DNA of 64,000 bases from IMG/VR virus record IMGVR_UViG_3300036861_000477; one strand, given 5' to 3'. How positions within the stretch are numbered: the first letter of the stretch is position 1; each line of letters starts with the position of its first letter. Under the pieces are notes generated by a model, which did not search any database, was not told the origin of the DNA, and worked only from the letters and a program-made list of their open reading frames with translations. The DNA is from a virus. Both the position numbers and the translations under genes were made by a program. Of the stretch, positions 48,597 through 57,312 are shown in pieces.

Positions 48597-50126
48597 ATGC
48601 GTGCGGTTGATGTTCTCGGGTTTGCCGGCGGATTTACACTCGGTACGGTTCAGGCGGGCTTTGAGCTTGTCGGCAAGCGTGAGATGAAGGGCGGTTTTGG
48701 TGTCGCGAACTGCGAGGCCAACCGCCATCTTCTCGGGTACGGCTGGAAGTCCGAAGCGTGCGATCAGGCGGACTGGTCGCCGGTCGATGCAGAGGTGGTC
48801 TTCGGTAACCCTCCCTGTTCGGGCTTCAGTGTGATGTCCGCAAAGGAATTTCGTGGAGCGGATTCGAAGATCAATCATTGCATGTGGGCCTTCGCCGACT
48901 ACGTCATTAAGGTGAAACCCCTGATCGCGGTCTTCGAGTCCGTCCAGCCGGCTCGCACGCGACCCGACGGACATGCCCTCATGCGTCGCCTGCGTGATCA
49001 CGTCGAAGCGGGAACGGGTCTCAAGTACACCCTCCACCACGTGCTCCACAACGCCTACTCCATCGGCGGCTGTGCCCAGCGTCGGCGTTACTTCTGGGTC
49101 ATCTCACAGATGCCCTTTGGAATCGAACCTCCCAAGCACGACCGCTACCCAACCCTACTCGACGCGATCGGCGACCTCAGAGGACTTCAGAACACCTGGA
49201 GTTCCCAGCCCTATATCGAACAACCGAGCTGGTGGGCGGAGGACCGTCGAAGTGGCTCAGACCAGGTAGATGGGCATGCTAGCATCGACAACCCGTTGAC
49301 CGGACGGATTCGTGACCTGATCGTCGGTGCTGGCTGGAAAGAACGAGAGCATATTGCCCTCGTCGCAAAGCGGCACTACACCCAGCACGGGAAGCTGCCG
49401 GACTCGTGGCGAGACACCGAAGCGAAGCTCGTCAAGCAGGACTTTTTCATGGGATTCACCACTCCGGTGCGCTGGCCAGGGGATGAGGCCGCACGCGTCA
49501 TCACGGGTGGTGGACTTGTGATGGTCGTTCATCCCACCGAAGATCGTACGATCACACACCGTGAGGCAGCACGCATCCTCGGTTTTCCGGATGACTGGCT
49601 GATCGAACCACTTCGTGGTGTGCCCGGCCTGGGTATGACGTGGGGCAAGGGCATCACGGTCGACTGCGGTCAGTGGATCGCCGACTGGATCAAGCGCGCA
49701 CTTGAGGGAGATCCCGGGTACTACGTGGGCGTGCCGATCGGTGAGCGCGAGTTTGACATCGATGTCACCAGTGCGTGGAAGGGCTCCTGGTATAGTAAGA
49801 CAAGTCGCACCACCCTTACGAAAGTGTCATCTACGAGAGGAACCACCATGACGGAGCCGGAGACCCCCGAGGTCACCGAGACCAAGGCCGGCCGGCCGCG
49901 TTCGACCCAGACGCTCGAGCGCGACGAGAAGGTTTTCGAGATCCTGTCCACCGGCGCGAAGACCCGAGTCGCCGTCGGCGAGGTGCTCGGTGCCACTCCC
50001 GCGGAAGCCTACCTCAGCCTCGATCGCCTGCGGACCGCCGGCCGCGCAAAGTCCGAACGGCGCGACGGCAAGTTCGTCTGGTTCCGGCCGGACGTGCCGG
50101 AGCCCGAGCCGGTCGCTGCCGAGTAA
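48597..50126 (+). CDS. Atypical DNA cytosine-C5 methyltransferase with in-frame C-terminal winged-helix
   Basis: GNPPCSGFS, VFESV, QRRRYF and REAARILGFP; motifs I and X are degenerate. Confidence 0.8.
   Translation: MRAVDVLGFAGGFTLGTVQAGFELVGKREMKGGFGVANCEANRHLLGYGWKSEACDQADWSPVDAEVVFGNPPCSGFSVMSAKEFRGADSKINHCMWAFADYVIKVKPLIAVFESVQPARTRPDGHALMRRLRDHVEAGTGLKYTLHHVLHNAYSIGGCAQRRRYFWVISQMPFGIEPPKHDRYPTLLDAIGDLRGLQNTWSSQPYIEQPSWWAEDRRSGSDQVDGHASIDNPLTGRIRDLIVGAGWKEREHIALVAKRHYTQHGKLPDSWRDTEAKLVKQDFFMGFTTPVRWPGDEAARVITGGGLVMVVHPTEDRTITHREAARILGFPDDWLIEPLRGVPGLGMTWGKGITVDCGQWIADWIKRALEGDPGYYVGVPIGEREFDIDVTSAWKGSWYSKTSRTTLTKVSSTRGTTMTEPETPEVTETKAGRPRSTQTLERDEKVFEILSTGAKTRVAVGEVLGATPAEAYLSLDRLRTAGRAKSERRDGKFVWFRPDVPEPEPVAAE
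49848..50126 (+). CDS. Nested in-frame winged-helix protein (likely also made separately)
   Basis: GAGAGG RBS and ATG 49848 inside the MTase frame; TG-G-TATAGT at 49788-96. Confidence 0.55.
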   Translation: MTEPETPEVTETKAGRPRSTQTLERDEKVFEILSTGAKTRVAVGEVLGATPAEAYLSLDRLRTAGRAKSERRDGKFVWFRPDVPEPEPVAAE

Positions 50127-50187
50127 CAGTCGCCGGCCAGTGACAGTCTCACGGGGAGACAATGAAGGCTCACCATCCTACGGGGTA

Positions 50188-50505
50188 ATGGTGAGCCTTC
50201 ATGACATCTACAGCCAGATGCAGCAGATGTCCGATCGGCAAGCTCTCTTCCTAGGCAAGCTCGACACTCTCGCACTCACGTGGAACGCACAGGTGGAAGC
50301 ACTCAATCGTGACATCGCAGTGGTGCGAGCTGATGCCCTAAATTTTCGCGCAGACTACGTGAAGGCCCGTGATGATCACGAGCACCGGATTCGTGCGATC
50401 GAGGTACGACCTACGGTGACGCCACGCGCGATGTGGTCTGCTATGACAGCACTCATCGCGGCGGTGGGTGTTGCCACCGCGATCATCTCACTTGTAACAC
50501 GATAA
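50188..50505 (+). CDS. Lysis-associated coiled-coil membrane protein (start could be GTG 50140)
   Basis: Coiled coil plus C-terminal TM; directly upstream of the endolysin. Confidence 0.6.
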   Translation: MVSLHDIYSQMQQMSDRQALFLGKLDTLALTWNAQVEALNRDIAVVRADALNFRADYVKARDDHEHRIRAIEVRPTVTPRAMWSAMTALIAAVGVATAIISLVTR

Positions 50506-50511
50506 GGAGGT

Positions 50512-51381
50512 GTGATGGCCAGCCAGGCGTACTACGACTGGAAAGCGGCCGGTGAGCCATACACTCGCGCGCGCCCCACGCTGGAGTTCCTTCAGATGTT
50601 GCGCGGCCACGGCTACACCGTGTACGACTACCCGGACATCGATCACCTGACGGCCGAGCCGCCGGAGGATCACACCCCGTTCTCGGCCACCGGCTGGCCG
50701 ATCGCGAGCAAGCGATGGGTGGGTCACGCCGTCGACGTGATGCCGCCGGCGGTTTCGTCTGCCCTGCCGACGTTGCCCAACCTGGCACGGCAGATCATCA
50801 AGGACAAGGACGCCAAGGTCCACGGCACCGAGTGGATCAAGTACATGAACTGGACCGACGAAGACGGCATCTGCCGCAAGGAACGATGGTGGCTGGACGG
50901 CTCGCGGACCACCACCAGCAGCACCGATAAAGGCCACGTTCACATCAGCGGACGCAGCGACATGGACACCTCCGACGTGGTGTCCGCGTCCGGCTGGGAC
51001 CCCGTAGCACGCTTGAGAGGAACCGACATGAGTCTGACCCCGGCCGAGCACAATACCCAGATTGCGATCGACGCACGGGTGCGCACCCTGATGTTCGATG
51101 CTGACTTCGCCGATTTCCAGCTGCTCAACAGCGATGGGACTCCCGGCGAGACCCGGCACGAGGCGAACAAGTCCAAGGCGGCCAGAGCGGCTATCGCCGC
51201 AGACGTGGCGGAGCTGAAGGCCCGACCGCCGGTCACGTTCACCGCCGAGCAGATCGCGGCGCTCGCGAACGCCATCGCGGCCGAGCTGATCGCCAGTGAT
51301 GCCAACGCGCTGACCATGGCCGATCATGACGGCATCGTGGCCGACGTGAAGAGCGCTCTGCGCGAAGGCTCCGCGACGTGA
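50512..51381 (+). CDS. Endolysin (M15-like Zn peptidase)
   Basis: H...GHAVD...GHVHIS metal-binding pattern; flanked by membrane proteins. Confidence 0.7.
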   Translation: MMASQAYYDWKAAGEPYTRARPTLEFLQMLRGHGYTVYDYPDIDHLTAEPPEDHTPFSATGWPIASKRWVGHAVDVMPPAVSSALPTLPNLARQIIKDKDAKVHGTEWIKYMNWTDEDGICRKERWWLDGSRTTTSSTDKGHVHISGRSDMDTSDVVSASGWDPVARLRGTDMSLTPAEHNTQIAIDARVRTLMFDADFADFQLLNSDGTPGETRHEANKSKAARAAIAADVAELKARPPVTFTAEQIAALANAIAAELIASDANALTMADHDGIVADVKSALREGSAT

Positions 51382-51623
51382 CCGACTCGAGTAGCACGAA
51401 CCCGCACTCGCCGTCTCGCACGGCGGTGCGGGCCTTTATGTACGGCATGATGATTGATGTGAGCGTGGCAGCGATCCTCATCCTTGCCACGGCGTTCACG
51501 GACATCCGCTGGACGGCCGACTACTGGCTCGCGCTCGCGGGCCTGGAGGCGAAGACGATACTCCAGTCGTCCGTCGCGTACCTCGTTCGCCGGTTCGTGC
51601 AGCCGTATCTTCAGCGGCACTAA
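51378..51623 (+). CDS. Holin
   Basis: Small, two TM segments, overlaps the endolysin stop. Confidence 0.65.
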   Translation: MTDSSSTNPHSPSRTAVRAFMYGMMIDVSVAAILILATAFTDIRWTADYWLALAGLEAKTILQSSVAYLVRRFVQPYLQRH

Positions 51624-51713
51624 GAATCTTGGGCCTTCCTATTTGCATTGCAGTGATGCGTGTGGTATAGTTATCGTAACAGCAAAACAGCGACAACGAC
51701 AAGGACAAAGACG

Positions 51714-52190
51714 ATGATCAAGTGTGGGAACTGCAAGGACCGCCACGAAACGGTGGCCGAGGTTAAGAGCTGCTACGTCAGCACGAAGGCAAAGGTGCTC
51801 GACGCGAAGGTCGCCACGCTTCAGACCGAGATCAAGACCGAGCAGATCAAGACCGAGCTGATCAAGTCGCAGCCGGTGACCGAAGCGGGCATCTATCGCA
51901 AGGTGATCAATGCAAAGACCGGTACGATCACGTGCATCTACCGAGTGAAGATCGGCAAATCGGGTTACCCATACGCCGAGGCACTCGTCCTGGGTGCACC
52001 CGGCCAGAAGGCCAAGTTCATGTTCGCCAAGGGTGCGATCATGGCACTGACCGCCGACATGAAGATGTCGCTGGAAGAGGCGAAAGCGTTCGGGTTCCAG
52101 TGGGGCGTCTGCTGCGCTTGCGGTCGCACGCTCACGAACGCGAAGTCGGTCGAGCTGGGCATCGGGCCGGTCTGCCGCAAGTACTTCTGA
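51714..52190 (+). CDS. DUF6011-like Zn-ribbon protein
   Basis: CCACGRTLT...SVELGIGPVC; own promoter TTGCAT-N17-TATAGT. Confidence 0.7.
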   Translation: MIKCGNCKDRHETVAEVKSCYVSTKAKVLDAKVATLQTEIKTEQIKTELIKSQPVTEAGIYRKVINAKTGTITCIYRVKIGKSGYPYAEALVLGAPGQKAKFMFAKGAIMALTADMKMSLEEAKAFGFQWGVCCACGRTLTNAKSVELGIGPVCRKYF

Positions 52191-52218
52191 TCAAGACGAC
52201 AAGACAAGGAGAAAGACG

Positions 52219-52617
52219 ATGATGCTTGCGACCAACTGGGGTGTGTACGAGATCTGCACACGACACGCCGAGTTCATCAAGGAAGGTGACGAGCGTGATA
52301 TGGAGATCCGCGCTCGTAGCGAACAGCACCTCATGGAGCTCCACAAGCGATTTCCCAATGCCATCACGGGAATCGTACGACTCACCGACGGTACCGCCGA
52401 CTTTCAGTACCGCTCGTTCATCTCTCGCGTTGATCTCGCTGGCCTCATGGCATCGCTACCGTACGAGATCGACTACGTCCAGTTCAAGAAGGACGCCATC
52501 ACCACCAAACTTCACGCACTCTTGAGTGACTTCTGGAGCGCGTGGCTCGACGCGTACCCGCACGGTTCGGTTTACACCCTGCCTAGGAAGAGCAAGCGTG
52601 GCAACCGTCGTCGGTGA
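52219..52617 (+). CDS. Hypothetical protein
   Basis: IRAR...D.QYR...IDY..FK phage family pattern; AAGGAG RBS. Confidence 0.55.
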   Translation: MMLATNWGVYEICTRHAEFIKEGDERDMEIRARSEQHLMELHKRFPNAITGIVRLTDGTADFQYRSFISRVDLAGLMASLPYEIDYVQFKKDAITTKLHALLSDFWSAWLDAYPHGSVYTLPRKSKRGNRRR

Positions 52618-52739
52618 GTTGACACCGACATCATACTGGGATACAGTGACCAAGAGGACGAAACGATCGCCGTGAGGCGAGCGTCCACGAGCTAAATGCC
52701 GTGCTGAATGAGTCCAGTGGTACTCATAAGACAAGGGAG

Positions 52740-53729
52740 ATGACAATGACCGACACGCTCGTCGCAGAAAACACCGCGACCCAGGACACCACGGTCGAGA
52801 ACACCACGTGGAGCACCCGCGAGGTCCCGTGGATGAAGATCGGGAAGATCGAACCGACGATGAAGGCGACGGACGCGGCGAAGGCGGGTGGCCTGGACTT
52901 CACGGTGTCGCAGCGATCGCTCTCGTACCGGGTGACCATCGACGGTAAGGAGAAATCGATGACCGCTCCGAACCGCAAGGCGATCGTTCGTGATGATACC
53001 GGCGACATGCTCGGCATCACCAGTGCGAAGATGTACAAGGTGCTGCAGTACTCGGAGGCGTTTGAGTTCATGGACACCGTTGACCCGTGGTACGTCGCTG
53101 CGGGTGTGCTCAAGAAAGGCCGGCACGGGTTCATGGTCGTGAAGGCACCGTTCGACCTGCACGTACTCGGCGGCGAGGACAAGCACGACCTCTACGGTGT
53201 GCTTCGTACCTCAATGGATTGCACCCGCGCGGTGGAGATCATGGTCATGCCACTGCGCGCTCGCTGCATGAACCAGCTCACCCTCTCGTCCTTCTCGAAG
53301 GATGTGCCACATCGCTGGTCGATTCGTCACACCTCGACGATGTGGGAGCGACTCGCCGAGGCGAAGGACTCTCTGGATAAGCTCGGCGCGTACGCCGCTC
53401 GCTTCGATGAGATCACCCAGCGGCTGGCCGATATCCTCGTCACTGATGGGCAGGCACGCGAGGTGCTGACCTACGTGATTCCCGCTCGTAAGAAGCAGAT
53501 CGAGGTCATCGACCGCATCGTCGAGTTGATGAACACGTCGGAGCACGTCGGCTACGTCGGCACCGGCTGGGGACTCGTCAACGCCGTGTCAGAGCACTTT
53601 GACTGGGGTCGCTCGGGTGGTACCGCGGAGTCGCGCTTCCTCGCCGCGATCGAGGGTCAGACGACCAAGGCGATCAACCGCACCGCCGCGCACCTGCTCC
53701 GTTCTGCCTCCGCTCTCGCCACCAACTGA
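52740..53729 (+). CDS. DUF932/DUF945 family protein
   Basis: GGLDFTV, LRARCMNQL, IRHT and GTGWGLVNAVSE..D. Confidence 0.75.
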   Translation: MTMTDTLVAENTATQDTTVENTTWSTREVPWMKIGKIEPTMKATDAAKAGGLDFTVSQRSLSYRVTIDGKEKSMTAPNRKAIVRDDTGDMLGITSAKMYKVLQYSEAFEFMDTVDPWYVAAGVLKKGRHGFMVVKAPFDLHVLGGEDKHDLYGVLRTSMDCTRAVEIMVMPLRARCMNQLTLSSFSKDVPHRWSIRHTSTMWERLAEAKDSLDKLGAYAARFDEITQRLADILVTDGQAREVLTYVIPARKKQIEVIDRIVELMNTSEHVGYVGTGWGLVNAVSEHFDWGRSGGTAESRFLAAIEGQTTKAINRTAAHLLRSASALATN

Positions 53730-53781
53730 ACATCGTCCGAGGGACCCGGGCAACTGGGTCCCTCAGCCGTAGGAGGATAAC

Positions 53782-54108
53782 GTGACATACATACTCTCCG
53801 CTGAGCTTCGTAAGAAGGCGCGTTGCAACGAGACGATGGAGTCTCTCTTCTTTCCCGCGTACGACTCACCGTCTAGCACACAGGCGGCCAAGGACATCTG
53901 CGCGTGGTGTCCCATTCGCGTCGAGTGTCTTCGTCACGCAATGGAGAATGATGAGATGGGCGTGTGGGGCGGCACCAGTGAGGCGGAACGTCGTTCACTC
54001 AAGAGGCCACGAGTTCGCACCGCATGCATCGGTTGTGGTGGCGAGGACATCTTCACGGAGAATCGTACCGAGATCTGCCTCGCGTGCGGCTTGTCGTGGT
54101 CGATCTGA
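53782..54108 (+). CDS. whiB: WhiB-family transcription factor with C-terminal Zn ribbon
   Basis: C...C..CPIR.EC and GVWGGTSE.ER; extra C..C...C..C. Confidence 0.9.
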   Translation: MTYILSAELRKKARCNETMESLFFPAYDSPSSTQAAKDICAWCPIRVECLRHAMENDEMGVWGGTSEAERRSLKRPRVRTACIGCGGEDIFTENRTEICLACGLSWSI

Positions 54109-54156
54109 CGTTGGAGATCAACAACACGCGAACTTGAGCCGTACAACTCTTCTCAG

Positions 54157-54208
54157 ACACAGAAAACGTCTCTGCTGGTAGCAACTACCGCAGAGACGTT
54201 CTTTGTGT
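54157..54208. terminator. Bidirectional terminator hairpin at the arm convergence
   Basis: AACGTCTCTGC...GCAGAGACGTT with inner GGTAG/CTACC, between convergent genes. Confidence 0.65.
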
Positions 54209-55285
54209 TTAGCGAGTGTTCTGAAGCCCTAGCGGGTTCTTGTGCACGGACTTACCCGCTTCAGCCCATGCTTCCGCCCAGCGCCACGCGTTGTCCTCAA
54301 TCGTGAGGCGTTCACGCACGATCTGACGATCGCGCTCGCTCTCCTCCTGCCGACGGCGCCAGTTCGTCGCTAGATCGGTCACGATGCGTGTCCACTGGAC
54401 GTGGCTCTTGGCAATGTTGCCGATGCCGTACTGCCGCTGAAGCTTCACGTACTCGACACGTTCGGACGAAACACTGGGTACGCCCAGCGCCGCATACTCG
54501 AGAGGCTTGAGCCACGACTTCGCGGAGTTGAAACGAGTGTCCGCCGTGGGTGCAAGTCCCACGCCCACTTGGTTGAGCGCCGCCGGCCACTCGTGGAAAT
54601 CCACCCCACCGGTAACACTGACAAGTGGTGTAATGACAGATCCCAGCGCGTCGATGACGCCCAGGTGGGGTCCCACGATGCGAAAGTGAATGCCCGCACG
54701 GATCCACTTCGGAAGCGAGCGACTCAATTCCTGCACGTCCTGTGGGTGCGTCTGGATCGCGCCACCCCACGCGACGATCGCGCTATCGTGATGCTCGTAC
54801 TGCGTGAATTGCTTCGGTACGAAGTTCGGCAGCACCACACTCTTACTGCCATACACCTTCTGCAACGCCGGTGTCGACACGGTGACCAGCGTTGCGGCAC
54901 GACACGTGTCGACCACGTTCTGCCACGAGTGATCACGCTGCCCGGTGGTCGGGTGAAGCATCCGCCACGCGGGATGCAGCGGATCGATCGCCGATAGATC
55001 ATCATCCATGTCGATAATGACGGCGATGCCCTTCTTCTGTATGAGCTTCACTGCCTGTGTGAGGTAGCGATGCGTCGTTCGCTGGAGCACGATCACGTCC
55101 GCGTCGGGTGGCACCTGGATGTCCACCATCGTGTCGCGCACCATACTCGCCTTGAACTGCTCACGCTGACTCTTCGGACTTATGATCACCACATCGTGGC
55201 CCTGGGCCTTAAGTGCGAGAGCGGGCCAGATGAGCCGATAGTAGCCGCAGCCGGTGATATCCGCGGGATACACGTACACCTTCAC
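54209..55285 (-). CDS. GT-B (GT4-like) glycosyltransferase
   Basis: GCGYYRL, DMDDD and KSWLKPLEYAALGVP. Confidence 0.85.
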   Translation of the reverse strand: MKVYVYPADITGCGYYRLIWPALALKAQGHDVVIISPKSQREQFKASMVRDTMVDIQVPPDADVIVLQRTTHRYLTQAVKLIQKKGIAVIIDMDDDLSAIDPLHPAWRMLHPTTGQRDHSWQNVVDTCRAATLVTVSTPALQKVYGSKSVVLPNFVPKQFTQYEHHDSAIVAWGGAIQTHPQDVQELSRSLPKWIRAGIHFRIVGPHLGVIDALGSVITPLVSVTGGVDFHEWPAALNQVGVGLAPTADTRFNSAKSWLKPLEYAALGVPSVSSERVEYVKLQRQYGIGNIAKSHVQWTRIVTDLATNWRRRQEESERDRQIVRERLTIEDNAWRWAEAWAEAGKSVHKNPLGLQNTR

Positions 55286-55512
55286 TGCATTTCCTCCGCG
55301 GCTTCTTCCATGTACCACTTCCACCAGTTACGTGCGTACACGTAACCGTAGGCGAACGCGGAGATGATAAAACCCCACTGACGCGTGTACAGACCGTAGG
55401 CGACCCAGAGAATCTGTGCGAGGAAGTTGATCATCCAGCCGATCTTCAAGCGTGATCCGGCGAGTAAGAGACCCGTGACGCCAATGCCCGCGAGTACGAA
55501 CGACCAGATCAT
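55282..55512 (-). CDS. Small PnuC-like membrane protein
   Basis: Two to three TM segments; GW....Q.LW..Y......G pattern. Confidence 0.55.
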   Translation of the reverse strand: MIWSFVLAGIGVTGLLLAGSRLKIGWMINFLAQILWVAYGLYTRQWGFIISAFAYGYVYARNWWKWYMEEAAEEMQ

Positions 55513-55516
55513 GTCA

Positions 55517-56092
55517 TCACCACTTCGTGGGAAGACCACTGGTGTTGCCCTGGTGATGGCACCAGAACCACGTCCGCTCGACGAGGTGTGAAATCTTCGC
55601 GCCGGCCTCAATGCAACCCAGTGTGAAGAACCGGTCCTCACCCGAGTTGATGTTGTGCCCGCGGTTCAGCGCTTGGAAGCCGACCTGCTTCGCGAGCTCC
55701 GTTCGGACGAGTGTGGTGATCGTCGTCTCGATCGGGTTCGCTGGATCGAACGGTTCGGTGAAGTGTGTGGAAGGGAACGGGTCGCCACCGCCGAGCATCT
55801 CGAACCACGAGTACACGAAGTCCGCCTCGGTCTCTAACGCATGCGCCAGCAGACGCTCGAGATGCTGAGTCTTGAACATGTCGTCGTCATCAAGGAACGC
55901 GACCCAGGGCGTGGTAACCGCGTCCAGAGCTCTCTGTCGCGTGGCCGCGGCACCTTCCCGATGGGTATCAACGGCGATGGAGATCGCGGCCGCGGGAAGA
56001 GTCTGACGGGCGACACTGCCGATGGCTCGTTCCAGCAGGTGCGGACGAACGGGGATGGACGGGATGACCACCGTGATGTCATTCTCTGTCAT
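55517..56092 (-). CDS. GT2 glycosyltransferase
   Basis: ITVVIP, GAAATRQ and VAFLDDDD. Confidence 0.85.
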   Translation of the reverse strand: MTENDITVVIPSIPVRPHLLERAIGSVARQTLPAAAISIAVDTHREGAAATRQRALDAVTTPWVAFLDDDDMFKTQHLERLLAHALETEADFVYSWFEMLGGGDPFPSTHFTEPFDPANPIETTITTLVRTELAKQVGFQALNRGHNINSGEDRFFTLGCIEAGAKISHLVERTWFWCHHQGNTSGLPTKW

Positions 56093-56104
56093 AGTGCTAC
56101 TCTA

Positions 56105-56749
56105 TCACCACGGAGGTTGACCCCACTTCTCAACGAAAGCTACACGGTCGCGCCCCGCCTGCTGGGCAAGTTCAGCGGTGGTCGTGCTGTTCGGGTAAAG
56201 ATGTTGAATCTTCAACCCTCCAACCAACACGGCACCCCCCTTCTGGCGTGCCTGGTACTCGATGTCATTGTCCCCGTACCACCAGACGAAGCGTTCGTCC
56301 GCCATGATACCGGCCTTGCCGCTAAGTGCGAACGCGAAACCACTCATCCGCAAGCCGTCACGCACGGGCCACGTGAGTGCGTAGTCCGCGTTGAGCCCGT
56401 ACACATCGGGAAATGCTGCCACGACGTTGTACTGCCCGATCGCGGTCGCAAGCCGCTGGACGAACTGTGGCGGCACGATCACATCATCATTCAGCACTGC
56501 GACGACGTAGTCACCTGAAAAGTTCTCGGACGCGGCCACGTAGCCCAGGCCCACGTTCCACCAGAACGAGATGTTCAAGCGATCCACGAAGCGGATGATG
56601 TGTACTCGATCCGTCTCGGCGAAGTCGAGTCGAGGTTCATAGCCCGTGTCCACGATGACGACGTTCACATCATCATTAAGAAGTCGTGCGACGAGAGCAA
56701 AGAGCTCGGTACGACGTTCTTTCGAGGGAATCACTGCCCAGAGTTTCAC
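56105..56749 (-). CDS. GT2 glycosyltransferase
   Basis: WAVIP, WN.G, VLNDD and WWYGDND. Confidence 0.8.
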   Translation of the reverse strand: MKLWAVIPSKERRTELFALVARLLNDDVNVVIVDTGYEPRLDFAETDRVHIIRFVDRLNISFWWNVGLGYVAASENFSGDYVVAVLNDDVIVPPQFVQRLATAIGQYNVVAAFPDVYGLNADYALTWPVRDGLRMSGFAFALSGKAGIMADERFVWWYGDNDIEYQARQKGGAVLVGGLKIQHLYPNSTTTAELAQQAGRDRVAFVEKWGQPPW

Positions 56750-57312
56750 GGTGTCCTCCCGTGCTTCACATCCCATGATCCGTTGCCCCAGTCACCGAAG
56801 CGGTACTGCCATGTCACCTGACCGGTCTCAGCGAAGCGCGCGCCCTCATCCATGAGTCGGTTCCAGTTGGCCCAGTCAATCCAGCAATGACGGTCAGTCT
56901 TGTCGGTCCAGCGACCGAAGATCTCACGTCGTGCGACCACCGCACTGGGTGGAAACCAGTTCGTGAGGCGCATATCTTCCCAGTTGACGTGCCACGGTTC
57001 GATCGTCCCCGGTGCACGATTCACGAGATCGAACCGTGAGGCGACCACGTCCACATCATTGTTAAACGTGGCAAGACACGCCTCGAGGTGCTGCGGGTAC
57101 CATACATCATCATCGTGTAAGAACGCGACAAGGTCGGTGTTCACCGCATCGAGGAGCCGGTTTTGGTTGGCGACTTCGCCCAGCCGACGAGGATCGATAC
57201 CAATGATGATGTCGTCCGGTTGGCGTGTCTGCTTACGAACGGACTCCAGCGCCTCCTGTAAGAGTTGCTCACGCTCCATAAGAGACACGATGACCACGCC
57301 GATGGTCATCAC
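56746..57312 (-). CDS. GT2 glycosyltransferase
   Basis: ALESVRKQT and VAFLHDDD.W.P.HLE. Confidence 0.85.
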   Translation of the reverse strand: MMTIGVVIVSLMEREQLLQEALESVRKQTRQPDDIIIGIDPRRLGEVANQNRLLDAVNTDLVAFLHDDDVWYPQHLEACLATFNNDVDVVASRFDLVNRAPGTIEPWHVNWEDMRLTNWFPPSAVVARREIFGRWTDKTDRHCWIDWANWNRLMDEGARFAETGQVTWQYRFGDWGNGSWDVKHGRTP

